Below are positions 51,034 through 63,699 of a stretch of 64,000 nt of DNA, piece by piece; the first letter of the stretch is position 1, and each line of letters starts with the position of its first letter. The notes under the pieces were generated by a model. It saw only the letters and a program-made list of their open reading frames with translations, searched no databases and was not told the DNA's origin. Where the stretch lies: positions 62,001-126,000 of the forward strand of contig NC_043023.1 of the NCBI RefSeq assembly GCF_006345805.1. The letters are read 5' to 3'. Both the position numbers and the translations under genes were made by a program. Source of the DNA: Octopus sinensis. Its lineage: Eukaryota.

Positions 51034-54000
51034 CCAACACCACTCAAAAACTGGTATTGATGTGTTTACATCCCTGTAACTTAGCAGTTCAGCAAAAGAG
51101 ACTGATAGAATAAGTGCCACGCTTAAAAAAGTAAAAACAAATTAGTACTGAGTCAGTTCATTCGACAAAAAATTCTTTAAGGTGGTGCCCCAGCATGGCC
51201 ACAGTCTAATGACTGAAACAAGTGAAAATCACATATACATACGCACATATATACATCCTTGAATTACAGGTACAGCTCATTTTTGCCTGCTGAGTGAACT
51301 TGAGCAACACGAAGGGTAAAGTGTCTTGTCCAAGGGCACAATATGCTGCCACGAATCGAACTCACAACCTTACGATCATGAGCCAAATACCTTAACCACT
51401 TAGCCACATGCCTTCACACATCCATCTGCCAAATGCTTTGGTCAACTCAAGGCTTTGATAGAAAATGCTAAAGTGCTGTGTGGTGGGATTGAACCTAAAA
51501 GCACATGGTTTCCAAAGTGAGCTTCTTAACCACACAGCTACTCCTGCATCTTTGCTCACAAACCTTTGATACACGATTCACAAAATTAAATACTCTGACA
51601 TATACTGCCATCACCACTCCCCACTGTCACTATTACTACAACACATGCCACTACTTCCAACACCGCCATCAACAATTATCACCACTACTATCATGACTAT
51701 TACCACCACACACACACTACCACCACCACGACAACAACAACAACCACTACTACAGCTACAACAACAACAGCAACCAAAGCAGAAACAACAACCATCACCA
51801 CCACCACCACTACACACAACAGCAACAACAACAACCACCATAACAATAACAGTAGCAACAACAATTACAATAACAACAACCACAGCAACAGCAACAGGTA
51901 CCACCACCACCACCACCACTACCACCAACAATAACACAAATACCATCACATTTATCATCACCAGCCCCACCACCACAATCATACCCATCTCCGCAACAAC
52001 ACATACCATCAATAACACTAACACTGTGTTTATACCATCACGCTATCACCACCACTACTACAGCGCGTACCACTCACAACAACATCATCACTACCAACAC
52101 CCACCGTATAAACTGCCTCTTCCACCACCGCCACCCCATCCCCATCAACAACATCTCCCCACCCACCGTATAAACTGCCTCCCCTACCGCCACCACCCCA
52201 TCTCCACCAACATCACCCCCACCCCACCCATCCACCACATAAACTGCCTTCTCCGCTGCCACCCATCCCCACCAACATCACCCCCCCACACACACACTCA
52301 TAAACCGACATCACCACCCCCACCACTGCCAGCAGCCCAAAAATACATACCCGCCAGCAGCAATCAGCTGCACCCACTGCACCTACCCTGATGTTTTGCA
52401 GCAACAACGCGATAACAAGGTTGCTGCCATCCACATGGTCAGGCAGCTTGCTAGAAATAGCAGCTAAACAGACAATAACACGGTAGTGTTTGCTTTGCCA
52501 CCACATGGCTCTAGGTTCCATTCTACTGGGTGACACCTTCACATGTCTCTCCTACTTCAGACACAGGTTTGCTAATGTCCATTAAGAGATGGTAGACATA
52601 ACAGAAGCCACTCTCTCTTTCTGCCTCCCTCTCACCTACCTCTCTCTCTCTCTGTTTTATCTATCTATATCTATATCTACATGTGTGTATATGTATCTTT
52701 TGTCTATTTTTTTACTTGTTTCGGTCATTGCACTGTGGCCATGCTGGGGCACGGCCTTGAAGAATTTTTGGTCAAATGAATCAACCCTGCTACATATTCT
52801 ATCAGCCTCTTTTGCTAAACTACTAAATTTCAGGCATGTAAACACACCTACACCAGTTATCAAGCAGGGGTGTGGAACAAACACAGACACAAAGACACAC
52901 TCACTCTCACACACACACACACACACACACGCACATACACATACACACACACACACATATATGTGTATATATATAAAACAGGCTTCTTTCAGTTTCCATC
53001 TACCAAATCCACTCACAAGGCTTTGGTCGGCCCAAGGTTATAGTAGAAGATACTTGTCCAAAGTGCCACACAATGGGACTGAACCTGGAACCATGTGATG
53101 TGTGTGTGTGTGTGCTTGTCCCTTGCCACCACTTGACAGCCAGTGTTGGTTTGTTTACATCTCTGATAGTTCGTGGTTCAGCAAAAGAGATTGACATGAT
53201 AAGTTCCAGGCTTGAAAAAATAAAAGATACTGCTGCCAGTAATCTTCAATGCGGTGCCCCTGCATGATCAAATTGTGTGTGTATAGAGGAGTTAACATTG
53301 ATGGTGAAAAGGCCCTGAGCCAGGGTCATGGCAAAGCCATGGAGAGCAGCATGGCAGATGTGAAGTACTGATCTTCATTTAAATCTTCTCACAGTCAAGG
53401 TGGAAGAGCCTCTTCAGCCAGTGGTCAGTCTAGGATCAACCAATCCAGTTAGTGGATTATTGCCAGTTGATAGAACTGGTGATTCATCAATTCACTTTAG
53501 CTACTTGAAAACACAATGGAGTTCAGGAACTTCAGAGTATCACCAATCGAAGTTGGACTGGTAGCAGTAATTTTAAAAAAGATCCTCACAATCTTTGATT
53601 CCTTCAGAATTTTGACATCAAACCATCCAGAAGTTGGTTCAAGTTCAGCTTCAAAAAATGCCCAACGATAAAAATCAAGTAATATAGTAAGTAAGTTGTG
53701 TCTGGGGTTCTAGGATTTATAGGGATGGTTACCCAGTTTTCTTGGCAGATAAGTGATAGAGATCACAACAGGCATAGGCATGGCTGTGTGGTAATAAGCT
53801 TGCTTCCCAACCACATGATTCTGGGTTTGGTCCCACCACATGGCACCTTGGGAAAATGTTTACTACTATTGCCTTGGGCTGCTTAAAACCTTATGAGTAT
53901 GGATTTGGTACAAGGAAACTGAAAGAAGCCTGTCATATATATGTGTGTGTTTATGTGTGTGTGTGTGTCTGTGTTGGTCCATTATCACTGCTTAACAACC

Positions 54001-54175
54001 AGTGTTGGCATGTTTATGTCTCTGTAGCATAGTGGTTCAGCAAAGGAGACTGATAGAATAAGTCCCTGGCATTAAAAAAAATCAAGCACTGGGAATGATT
54101 CGTTCAGTTAAAACTTTTCAAGGCAGTGCCCCAGCATGGTCACAATCTAATGACAGAAACAAGTAAAAGATAAGA
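50808..54175. mobile_element. Older SINE copies: A 50808-51228 (+), C 51265-51415 (-), A 52708-53095 (-), A 53770-54175 (+)
   Basis: Diverged consensus matches. Confidence 0.7.
51610..52370. repeat. (CCA/CAA)n trinucleotide low-complexity tract
   Basis: Seen directly; explains the T/Q/H/P-rich ORF 51645-52391. Confidence 0.85.
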
Positions 54176-54668
54176 GATACCCCATAAATGAGAAAGCAAT
54201 CTGTCGCAGGGTTACTCATTTACAGCTGAGTGGATTGAGCAACATAAAATGAAGTGTTTTGCTCAAGAACACAATTCATCACCCAGCCCAGGAATTGAAA
54301 CTACAATCTTACAATCGTTAACACAACAACCTCATCACTAGGCTACAGATCAACAGTCCATCATGGGGTTACTCATTCACAGCTGAGTGGACTGGAGCAT
54401 CGTGAAATGAAGACAACTGCAAACTCATAACGTCAGAACTGAATCTTACACTTGGCCAAATGATATATTCCAATTCTACATCAATCATTGAGTCTCTGAT
54501 GCATAATTAAAAATGTCACAAATTGTGAAAAACCGAAGACAATTGCCAGGTTTCCATTGACTCCTAACAAAGGCATAACTCACATCATAAAAAGAAATAA
54601 TGCTGGTAACACAAAGTGTGGAGACCCTTGGTGTGGGACATGCTCTTTTACTCTTTTACTTGTTTCAG

Positions 54669-54854
54669 TCATTTGACTGCAGCCATGCTGGAGCACTGCC
54701 TTTAGTCGAGCAAATCGACCCCAGGACTTATTCTTTGTAAGCCCAGTACTTATTCTATCGGTCTCTTTTGCCGAACCGCTAAGTTACGGGGACGTAAACA
54801 CCCCAGCATCAGTTGTCAAGCGATGTTAGTGGGGACAAACACAGACACACAAAC

Positions 54855-54891
<37 letters not shown>

Positions 54892-55294
54892 CATATATAC
54901 GACGGGCTTCTTTCAGTTTCCGCCTACCAAATCCACTCACAAGACTTTGGTCAGCCTGAGGCTATAGTAGAAGACACTTGCCCAAGGTGTCAATACAGTG
55001 GGACTGAACCCAGAACCATGCAGTTCATAAGCAAGCTACTTACCACACAGCCACTCCTATGCCTATGTGGAATAATTAAACGAGGAACAATGAAAAAATA
55101 AGAGTCATTTGACTGTAGCCATGCTGGAGCACTGCCTTTAGTCGAGCAAATCGACCCCAGGACTTATTCTTTGTAAGCCCAGTACTTCTTCTATCAGTTT
55201 CTTTTGCCGAACTGCTAAATTAAAGGGAAGTAAACACACCAGCATCGGTTGTCAAGCGATGTTAGTGGGGACAAACACAGACACACAAACATAT

Positions 55295-55339
<45 letters not shown>

Positions 55340-55546
55340 TACGACGGGCTTCTTTCAGTTTCCGCCTACCAAATCCACTCACAAGACTTTGGTCAGCCTG
55401 AGGCTATAGTAGAAGACACTTGCCCAAGGTGTCAATACAGTGGGACTGAACCCAGAACCATGCAGTTCATAAGCAAGCTACTTACCACACAGCCACTCCT
55501 ACGCCTATGTGGAATAATTAAACGAGGAACAATGAAAAAATAAGAG
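54669..55546. repeat. Tandem duplication (54669-55104, 55105-55546) of a SINE A plus 38 bp of unique flank
   Basis: Flank gtggaataattaaacgaggaacaatgaaaaaataagag occurs twice; shared private variants. Confidence 0.9.
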
Positions 55547-55574
55547 AAGAAGGGATTGAAGGTGTCTGTATACA

Positions 55575-55800
55575 TAATTTGCAAAGCAAAAAATGTCATC
55601 TACATGACCACAGGATCAAATTAATTGTGAGAGTGCGCAAACAGCAAATTTGAAATATTGCATGTAGTGAATGTCTAGACATTTATGCAAATGGAAAATT
55701 TCCATTTTTCAGAATAAAAGAAAAAATGTTCCACATCGAAAGGCAAAAGAAGACTTCCTTATAAGAAATCTAAATCTGAAACTAAACCAGAAATAGTGAA
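55575..55800 (+). mobile_element. Decayed Penelope-type GIY-YIG endonuclease fragment
   Basis: ICKAKNVIY...ECANSKFEI...HRKAKEDFLIRNLNLKLN resembles the start and end of PLE endonucleases; middle deleted. Confidence 0.45.
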
Positions 55801-55865
55801 CGCAGTGACAAAAACCAACTTCCTCATAACTTGTGTGTTTGAAAAGATCAACAACAAGAGCACTT

Positions 55866-56067
55866 ACTCTTTTACTCTTTTCAGTCATTTGACTGCAGCC
55901 ATGCTGGAGCACCGCCTTTAATCGAGCAACTTGACCCCGGGACTTATTCTTTGTAAGCCCAGTACTTATTCTATCAGTCTCTTTTGCCGAACCGCCAAGT
56001 AACGGGGACATAAACACACCAGCATCGGTTGTCAAGCAATGCTAGGGGGACAAACACAGACACACAA

Positions 56068-56102
<35 letters not shown>

Positions 56103-56274
56103 CATATATACGACGGGCTTCTTTCAGTTTCCGTCTACCAATCCACTCACAAGGCTTTGGTCGGCCCAAGGCTATAGTAGAAGACACTTGCCCAAGGTGC
56201 CACACAGTGGGACTGAACCCGGAACCATGTGGTTGGTAAGCAAGCTACTTACCACACGGCCACTCCTGCACCTA
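55866..56274 (-). mobile_element. SINE family A
   Basis: Consensus match. Confidence 0.9.
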
Positions 56275-56469
56275 TAAAAAAAAAGCTACTTTCCAAAAGG
56301 TTTGTTTCATTCTGTCGTTCAAATATTTTTTTTTAATAGTAAATAACTTTCAAGAAATACCAAATACTACATTATTAACCTTGAGAGAACCTTGGTGGTC
56401 TAACAAAACATCCATGTTAAGTTAGATATAAAGATTGCCTTTTGACACTAACACTGTTTTCACAACTAA

Positions 56470-56697
56470 TAATCTGACTGGCTCCCATACTGGTGGCATG
56501 TAAAAAGCACCATCTGAACATGGTCGACGCCAGTGCCCTCTGACTGGCTCAGAATGGTTGGCATTAGGAAGGGCATCCAGCTGTAGAGTCTTCACCAGAT
56601 CAGATTGGAGCCTGGTGCAGCCTACAGGCTTGCCAGTCCTCAGTCAAACCGTCCAACCCATGCCAGCATGGAAAGTGGACGTTAAACGATGATGATC
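56470..56697 (+). mobile_element. RTE-type 3' tail element
   Basis: gttggcattaggaagggcatccagc...tcaaaccgtccaacccatgccagcatggaaa..(gat)n, as in 61740-61880 and 58640-58705. Confidence 0.7.
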
Positions 56698-56718
56698 ACA
56701 CACACACACACACACACA

Positions 56719-56908
56719 CAGTTATAAAATCTCATGAAGAGACCAGAGTAATAACGTACACTAAACAGTAAAGCCCAGTCGCCACATCAAAGTGGCTGTT
56801 GAATATTACTACTAGTTTAACCCTAAGCAGATTCTCCACCAGCTTGGTGACTGGCTTTACTGTTTAGTATAGTTACTACTCTGGACTCTTCATGAGATTT
56901 TACAACTA
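56719..56908. mobile_element. Hairpin MITE, about 64-bp TIRs
   Basis: gttataaaatctcatgaagagaccagagta..ctaaacagtaaagcccagtcgcca versus its inverted copy ending 56908. Confidence 0.85.
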
Positions 56909-57106
56909 GCTATCTTGCTTGTTGCAAATCAGTGACCAATGGTCACTTTGTTTACAATATATTATTAACGTTAGTGGACTCTGGCTATCACTCTGGCATA
57001 CAGATGCTTGAAACTGAGTCAGTTTCATGACCCTGATACCAGCTAGAGGGTGGTACATTCAACAGGAGATAGACACCAAATAGGGATATATATATATATA
57101 TATAGT

Positions 57107-57315
57107 TAATGCAAACATGAAAACACCAAGAGAAAACACAACAACGCGAGGACGGGGAACAAATATAGTATTATTGGACGCTCAGGAAGGAAGGGAAGAA
57201 GGAGGGTTTTACATTTCGAGCAGAGCTCTTTGTCAGAAACATAGGAGAAGGAAAGATCCAGAGAAGGGAAGACGGATGGAAAAAAATCGCCAACGGTACT
57301 TATGCGGTCACATTT
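57107..57315 (-). repeat. Second copy of the hammerhead-motif repeat (core mutated to CTGACAA / GAAAT)
   Basis: Colinear with 38486-38680. Confidence 0.75.
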
Positions 57316-57318
57316 TAT

Positions 57319-57538
57319 ATCAACTAAACTTGACTAAGGATGTGAATAATACCTACATTGCTAGAAATAAGAGCTAAACTGCTCCAATGCTGTTACAAAG
57401 AACATAGCATATACTCTGATAGGGGCTGCAATTGATTTGAACACCAAACCAAGTTCTCGGTTCGGTGTTCAGGGCAATTGCAACTCCTATTTCTAGCAAT
57501 ATAGGTGCTATTCACACCCTTAGTCAATTTTAGTTGAT
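57319..57538. mobile_element. Hairpin MITE, 55-bp TIRs
   Basis: 57319-57373 vs rc of 57484-57538 match 49/55. Confidence 0.85.
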
Positions 57539-57582
57539 GACTATAATTTTCTTTACAATATAACATTGCAAAAAGCTGTTTT

Positions 57583-57599
<17 letters not shown>

Positions 57600-57633
<34 letters not shown>

Positions 57634-58095
57634 CATAAAAACATATGTATATGCATATTACTTGGAAGAGGATGCATGGTGTTCTATCATATAATAATAT
57701 AGATAATATATATATGCATATATACATATGTATATGTACATACTTACATCTATACGTATATATATATATATGCATATGTGGGCACAGGATGTCACGAAAT
57801 GTGTACAATAAAAATACAAAGTACAAGTACATGGAATATGCACTATTTTCTCAAACAACGAAAGACACAAATGAAAAACAAGACAAACATCACAAAAAAA
57901 CGACCCTTCATCAGTTGTTGGCTGTGTTTCTACTCTCATATTTCGAGCATTTAACAACAACGCTTGTTGTTAAATGCTCAAAATACTCGAAGTGGAAATT
58001 TTATCGGTGAGTGTGTTAAATTATAAGGCACCAAAAGAGAATGACTCTCCCCAGACACAGAATATGCTTCAACACACGAACTCACATCCAAAAAC

Positions 58096-58136
<41 letters not shown>

Positions 58137-58605
58137 CATAAAAACATATGTATATGCATATTACTTGGAAGAGGATGCATGGTGTTCTATCATATAATAA
58201 TATAGATAATATATATATGCATATATACATATGTATATGTACATACTTACATCTATACGTATATATATATATATATGCATATGTGGGCACAGGATGTCAC
58301 GAAATGTGTACAATAAAAATACAAAGTACAAGTACATGGAATATGCACTATTTTCTCAAACAACGAAAGACACAAATGAAAAACAAGACAAACATCACAA
58401 AAAAACGACCCTTCATCAGTTGTTGGTTGTGTTTCTACTCTCATATTTCGAGCATTTAACAACAACGCTTGTTGTTAAATGCTCAAAATACTCGAAGTGG
58501 AAATTTTATCGGTGAGTGTGTTAAATTATAAGGCACCAAAAGAGAATGACTCTCCCCAGACACAGAATATGCTTCAACACACGAACTCACATCCAAAAAC
58601 GAAAT
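57600..58605. repeat. Near-identical tandem duplication, unit about 505 bp, bounded by (TA)n
   Basis: About 2 differences outside the TA runs; each unit has a 16-bp perfect hairpin (57945-57979, 58450-58484). Confidence 0.92.
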
Positions 58606-58707
58606 ATATATATATATATATATATATATATTTCTATTCCAGTCAAACTGTCTAACCCATGCCAGCATAGGAAACAGATGCTAAATGATATTGATGATGA
58701 TGATGTA

Positions 58708-59992
58708 TTAGGTTGAGTAAAAAGTAAGCAACATTTTGAACCACGAAGAATTTGTACCAGATTTTTGCAGAGTTTTGGATTTTTTTAAAGATTCTTTTGA
58801 AATCGTCTGATAATACAGACATAGATGTGTTCAAATGCATCAATAGATTAACATTGACATTTTTTTCACTGTTGTTACAATCATCTGAAATGGAAGTGTC
58901 AAAGCACAATAATCGAGCAATTTTGCTATTCAACTTCAAAAAAGGACGTAAAGCAGCTGAAACTGCTCACGATATCAAGAAAACATTTGGTGAAGAAATG
59001 ACCAGTGAGTGGTCAGCTTGAAAATGGTTAAAACAATTTCAGTGGAGACCTGAGCCTTGAAGACCATGAGCATAGTGGATGCCCATCTGTCATCGATGAC
59101 AGTCAATTAAAGACCGTCATTGAGAAAGAGACGACAACTGGTAAAAGAACTTCAAGTTAGTCAGAAAACTTCCTGCAACCATTTGCATGCAATTGGAAAA
59201 TCAAAAAAGCTTGGCAAATGGATACCACACGATTTGAATGAAAATCAGAAAATGCACAGCTACGAAATCTGCTTGTCACTTCTCCATAACCAGACTGATA
59301 TATTTCTCGACCGTATTGTAACTCTCTCTCTCTATATATATATCTTTATACATGTGATGAAAAGTGGATTCTGTACAATAATTAAAAACGTTCATCACAG
59401 TGGTTGGATCAAAATGAAGCACCGGAAACCTTCCCCAAACCTGAGCTCTTCAAAAAGAAGATTATGGTGACTGTTTGGTGGTGTACTGCTGGACTCTTCC
59501 ACTATAACTTCCTGGAAAACCCATTATTGTAGAAACATATTGCTATGAAATTGCCAAAATGAACAGAAAACTGCAACTCCTCCATCCCAGACTGGTCAAC
59601 AGAAGAGGGCCAATCATTCTTCATGACAATGTTCGATCACATGTTTCACTAATGACACTTCAGAAGTTGAGGGAACTTGGCTACAAAGTTCTTCCCCACT
59701 CAGCATATTCCCCATGCGTTTCTCCTACCAGCTATCCCTTTTTCAAACACCTTGAGTGTTTCCTATGAGAGAAAGAGTTCAAAAGTCAAACCGATGCTAA
59801 AAGTGTGTTCAAAGAATACATCAGCATCAAAACTCCAGATTTTTATGCTACCAGAATAAACAAACTTGTAACTCGTTGGCAAAATGGTGTTGATTGTAAC
59901 GGTACTTACTCTGACAAATAAAATTTCCACATTGTTGAAATACATTGTGATGAATTTCATGTTTCAAAACATTGATTACTTTTTACTCAGCA

Positions 59993-59995
<3 letters not shown>
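58708..59995 (+). mobile_element. Full-length (1288 bp) decayed mariner, DD34D type
   Basis: TA|TTAGGTTGAGTAAAAAGTAA TIR and inverted copy; WIPHDL, IVT-CDEKW, HDNVRSH, HSAYSP; third Asp mutated; multiple frameshifts. Confidence 0.92.
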
Positions 59996-60054
<59 letters not shown>

Positions 60055-60075
60055 ATATATATATATATACATGTA

Positions 60076-60158
<83 letters not shown>

Positions 60159-60922
60159 TTTTTTTTTACATATTTTTATATTCTTATCCGTTCCCGTCCT
60201 TGTTTTGTATACATTCGAGGCTTTCTTCCAAGGAATCTAAGGCACTTGGCTTAGATTTTCCTTTGGGGCTGGCCAGGTCGGAGCAATCTCAAAATTAATC
60301 AGCCGAAATTGCGAAGATGATCCGGTTTTTGACTGAAGATCGAAGGCTTCGAATGTCCCGTCCGTTTTTTTGTATCGTCTTCTAAATGTTTTGCGTTCTT
60401 GTCCCAGTTTGTGTTTTTTTACATTTATCCTTTATATGGCAGCGCCCGTACCCCCTTTTGATATTGTATGTGAAATACATTTTTTCTCTAATACATGGTA
60501 CGACTCTACAACACTGTCTCTCTCTCTCCCCCTCTCCTACATTTCTCTGCCTTTCACACTTTGCACTCCACTTTGACCTGTCTCTTTCTCTCTCTCTCCC
60601 CTCCTCCTCCTTTGTTCCTTGGTCCCTTTTTTTTCTCTCTTCCTCTGTCCCGCTCACACGTGACTAACTTTTGGACTGCTGTTCTGCCTTTTCGTGATCA
60701 ACAACCGTATAGGCCAGACACATTTTATTTCTCTCTTCGCCTTTAGGCAATTTTTCAATGCGCCAGCTCAAGTTCACCAGTCCTATATATATATATATAT
60801 ATATATGAATGTGCATATATTTATGTAGATATCATCCTCTATATTATCATCCTCATCAACATCATCAACATCATCATCATTATCATCATCATCATCACTA
60901 TCGCTATTATTATTCAAAGTTC

Positions 60923-61880
60923 TAGTAAGTAAGGAAACAGACAAATCACAAGTCCTTTCAAAGTGATGGCCCTTGTCAATGTGTAAGAAGGGTGTTGGTA
61001 GAAACTCCTTATGTTGTACCCAGTGCAGAGTATCATAAGAAGGATGGCAGAGAAACTAGTCTTTGTGTGTGGCAAATGTGCAGGTACAAAATGCACAGAC
61101 AGGGGATATCATTAGAAATAGTAGATAGCTTGGGCAAAATTCAGAGTGCTTCTAACTTTGTTGGTCACTAAGGGCCTCTCCCTCAGAGTGAAAGGCAGGT
61201 TGTATGATGTCTGTGCATGTACAGCTATGTTACATGGTAGTGAGACATGGGCTCTGACTACAGAGGACTTGTGAAGGCTTGAAAAAAATGAAGCTAGCAT
61301 GCTCCACTGGATGGATAATGTCAGTGTGCACACATGACAGAGTGCAAATGATTTAAGAGGAAAACTGGGTATAAGAGGCATCAGATGTAATGTGCAAGAG
61401 AGAAGACTGCACTGGTTTGGGTATGTGATGCATTTGGATGACAGCTGCATAAAGAAGTGCCAAGCTCTAACTGTGGAGGGAACCTGTGGAAGGAGTAGGC
61501 CCAGGAAGATGTGGAATGAAGTGGTGAGAAAGGATCTTCAGATGCTGGGCCTCACTGAGGAAATGACAAGAGACAAGAATTATGGTGATTTTCTGCACTT
61601 GAAAAGACATGTCAAACTAAGTAAAATTATTGTCTCCCATACATACAGGCTTGTCCTTTCAGTGCCACATAAAATGCACCCATGCTGGGGCTGCATAGAT
61701 GTACCCATGCTGGTGGAATGTGTAAAGCACCCAGCACCCTCTGTTAAGCGGCTGGCATTAGGAAAGCCATCCAGCCATACAAACCATGCCACAACAAGCA
61801 ATTAGAGCCTGAACAGCTCCCAAGCTGGCCAGCTCCATGTCAAACCATCCAACCCATGCCAACATGGAAACAATGATTAT
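60923..61880 (+). mobile_element. RTE-clade LINE 3' part with tail
   Basis: GLSLRVKGRLY..MLHGSETW..RRLHWFGYV..GRSRPRKMW; tail as in 56470-56697. Confidence 0.85.
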
Positions 61881-62194
61881 TATTATTATTGTTTTACTTC
61901 TCAGAGCACTTGGTCTTGTTTTCTCTGGTAGATTCTGCAAGAGAAGACAGCAGCGTCACAAGTCAGAAGTCTCACACGGTCCCTTTCTGCACATTATAAG
62001 TTTTGCTAATTGGTTGTTAATTATTGTGGAAGACATTCATCATCCAAGTACCAAACTCAAAATCCTAGCTGTCCCCAACAGAGCAGTTTTTGGGGCTTGC
62101 TCTGCTCTCATCTCAATTCTGATTTCTCTGACATATTTCTTGAACCGAGTGATCCTACAACTACTGGAACGACAAACACTCTGCTCATAGTTCA

Positions 62195-63180
62195 CTGGCA
62201 CACCAGACAAAATGCTTAGCAGCATTTCATCTGTCTTTACATTCTGAGTTCAAATTCTGCCGAGGTCAACTTCACCTCTCATCCTTTTAGGACCAATAAA
62301 AAATAAGTATCAGTTGAGCACTGAGGTTGATGGAACCAACTTATTCCCCTCCCCTGAAATTGCCAGCCTTGAGCCAAAATTTGAAACCAATATTATTATT
62401 ATCATTATTGTTGTTGTTTTTATGATTATTATTATTATTGAAGGTAGCAAATTGGCAGAATAGTTAGCACACTAGATTAAATCCTTAGCAATATATTGCA
62501 TGTCACTACATTCAGAGTTCAAATTCTTCCAAGATCGACATCCTTTCAGGGTCGATAAATCAAGTACCAGTGAAACACTGAAGTCAATGTAATTGACTAG
62601 TGCCCTCCTCCAAAATTTCAGGCCTTGTGCTTACAACAGAAAGGGTTATTATTATCATTATTTATTGTCTTTACACAGCTTGTAATGCTGGAGATGTACA
62701 ACAGTGTCAACTATTCACTTCCAGTGAACTAAGGTAACACCCCTTATTTTCCGAGCACCATCTGGAGTATTTGGGCAGTACCTAACAGTGCTGTTTTTTG
62801 CAAGTGCTCCACCCATATTGCAACCCCTACTTGCTCCATGTACTTCCCAAGATTTTTACTCACTGTTCCCAGGTACTACTATCACCTTTTTCAGCGACCA
62901 CAACTGCTTAACCTCCAAAGCTAACCTGTCATATCTGTTGACTTTTCTTTCTTCCTTATCACATACCTGGTTGTCGGCTGGGCATGCTATATCTATGATC
63001 TAGCATTGTTTGCTTTCTTTCTCAATTATGACTATGTCTGGCTTCCTATTATCTATCTCATGGTCGCACTGAATCATAAAATCCCATAGGATCTTTGCAT
63101 TTCTATTTTCAATGATACCTTCGGGTTTATGTTCGTACCACTTTTTTGCTGTCATTATTATTATTATTATCATTATCATA

Positions 63181-63234
<54 letters not shown>

Positions 63235-63450
63235 GTTATTATTGTTATTATTATTGTTATTATGTTAGCGCACCAGACAAAATGATTTGTGGCATGGCTT
63301 TACATTCTAAGTTCACATTTCACTAAGTTCACATTTGCCTTTCAATCTTTCAGATTCGATAGAGTATGTTTGAGCTGAGTACTGGGGTTAATGCAATTGG
63401 TTCACCATCCCCTCAAAATTGCTGGCATTGTGCCAAAAATTAGAAAGAAT
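62195..63450. mobile_element. Old SINE B copies (62195-62390, 62440-62648, 63270-63450, +) and an R4/Dong subfamily C fragment (62666-63152, -)
   Basis: Consensus matches; YEHKPEGIIEN..WDFMIQCDHEIDNRKPDIV. Confidence 0.8.
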
Positions 63451-63699
63451 GACACATCTAAACAATTTGAGTTGAAGAAACTAAAAGATTATAACATGTA
63501 ATCAGTTGACACAATTGTCTAATGCCAGGCAAAATCAAACTCATTAATATCCCAAATGTGACTTCATAGCAAAATCTATATCTGCACACAATTGACATTT
63601 GCACATCCAACACAAATAGATATAGCTTCTTTCATTTTTAATACCTTTTAAAATTTTTTCTTTTAATTCTTTTCCTTCAAACACCCATAAAAAAGGATA

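Noticed and set aside
51645-52391. 248-aa T/Q/H/P-rich ORF that also starts MPLL
   Set aside because: Built from CCA/CAA repeats; no splice signals or domain; shared MPLL with the 18417 exon is coincidence
60320-60365. CTGAAGA...TTCGAATGTC hammerhead-like string
   Set aside because: GAAA incomplete and stem II loop impossible; left unclassified
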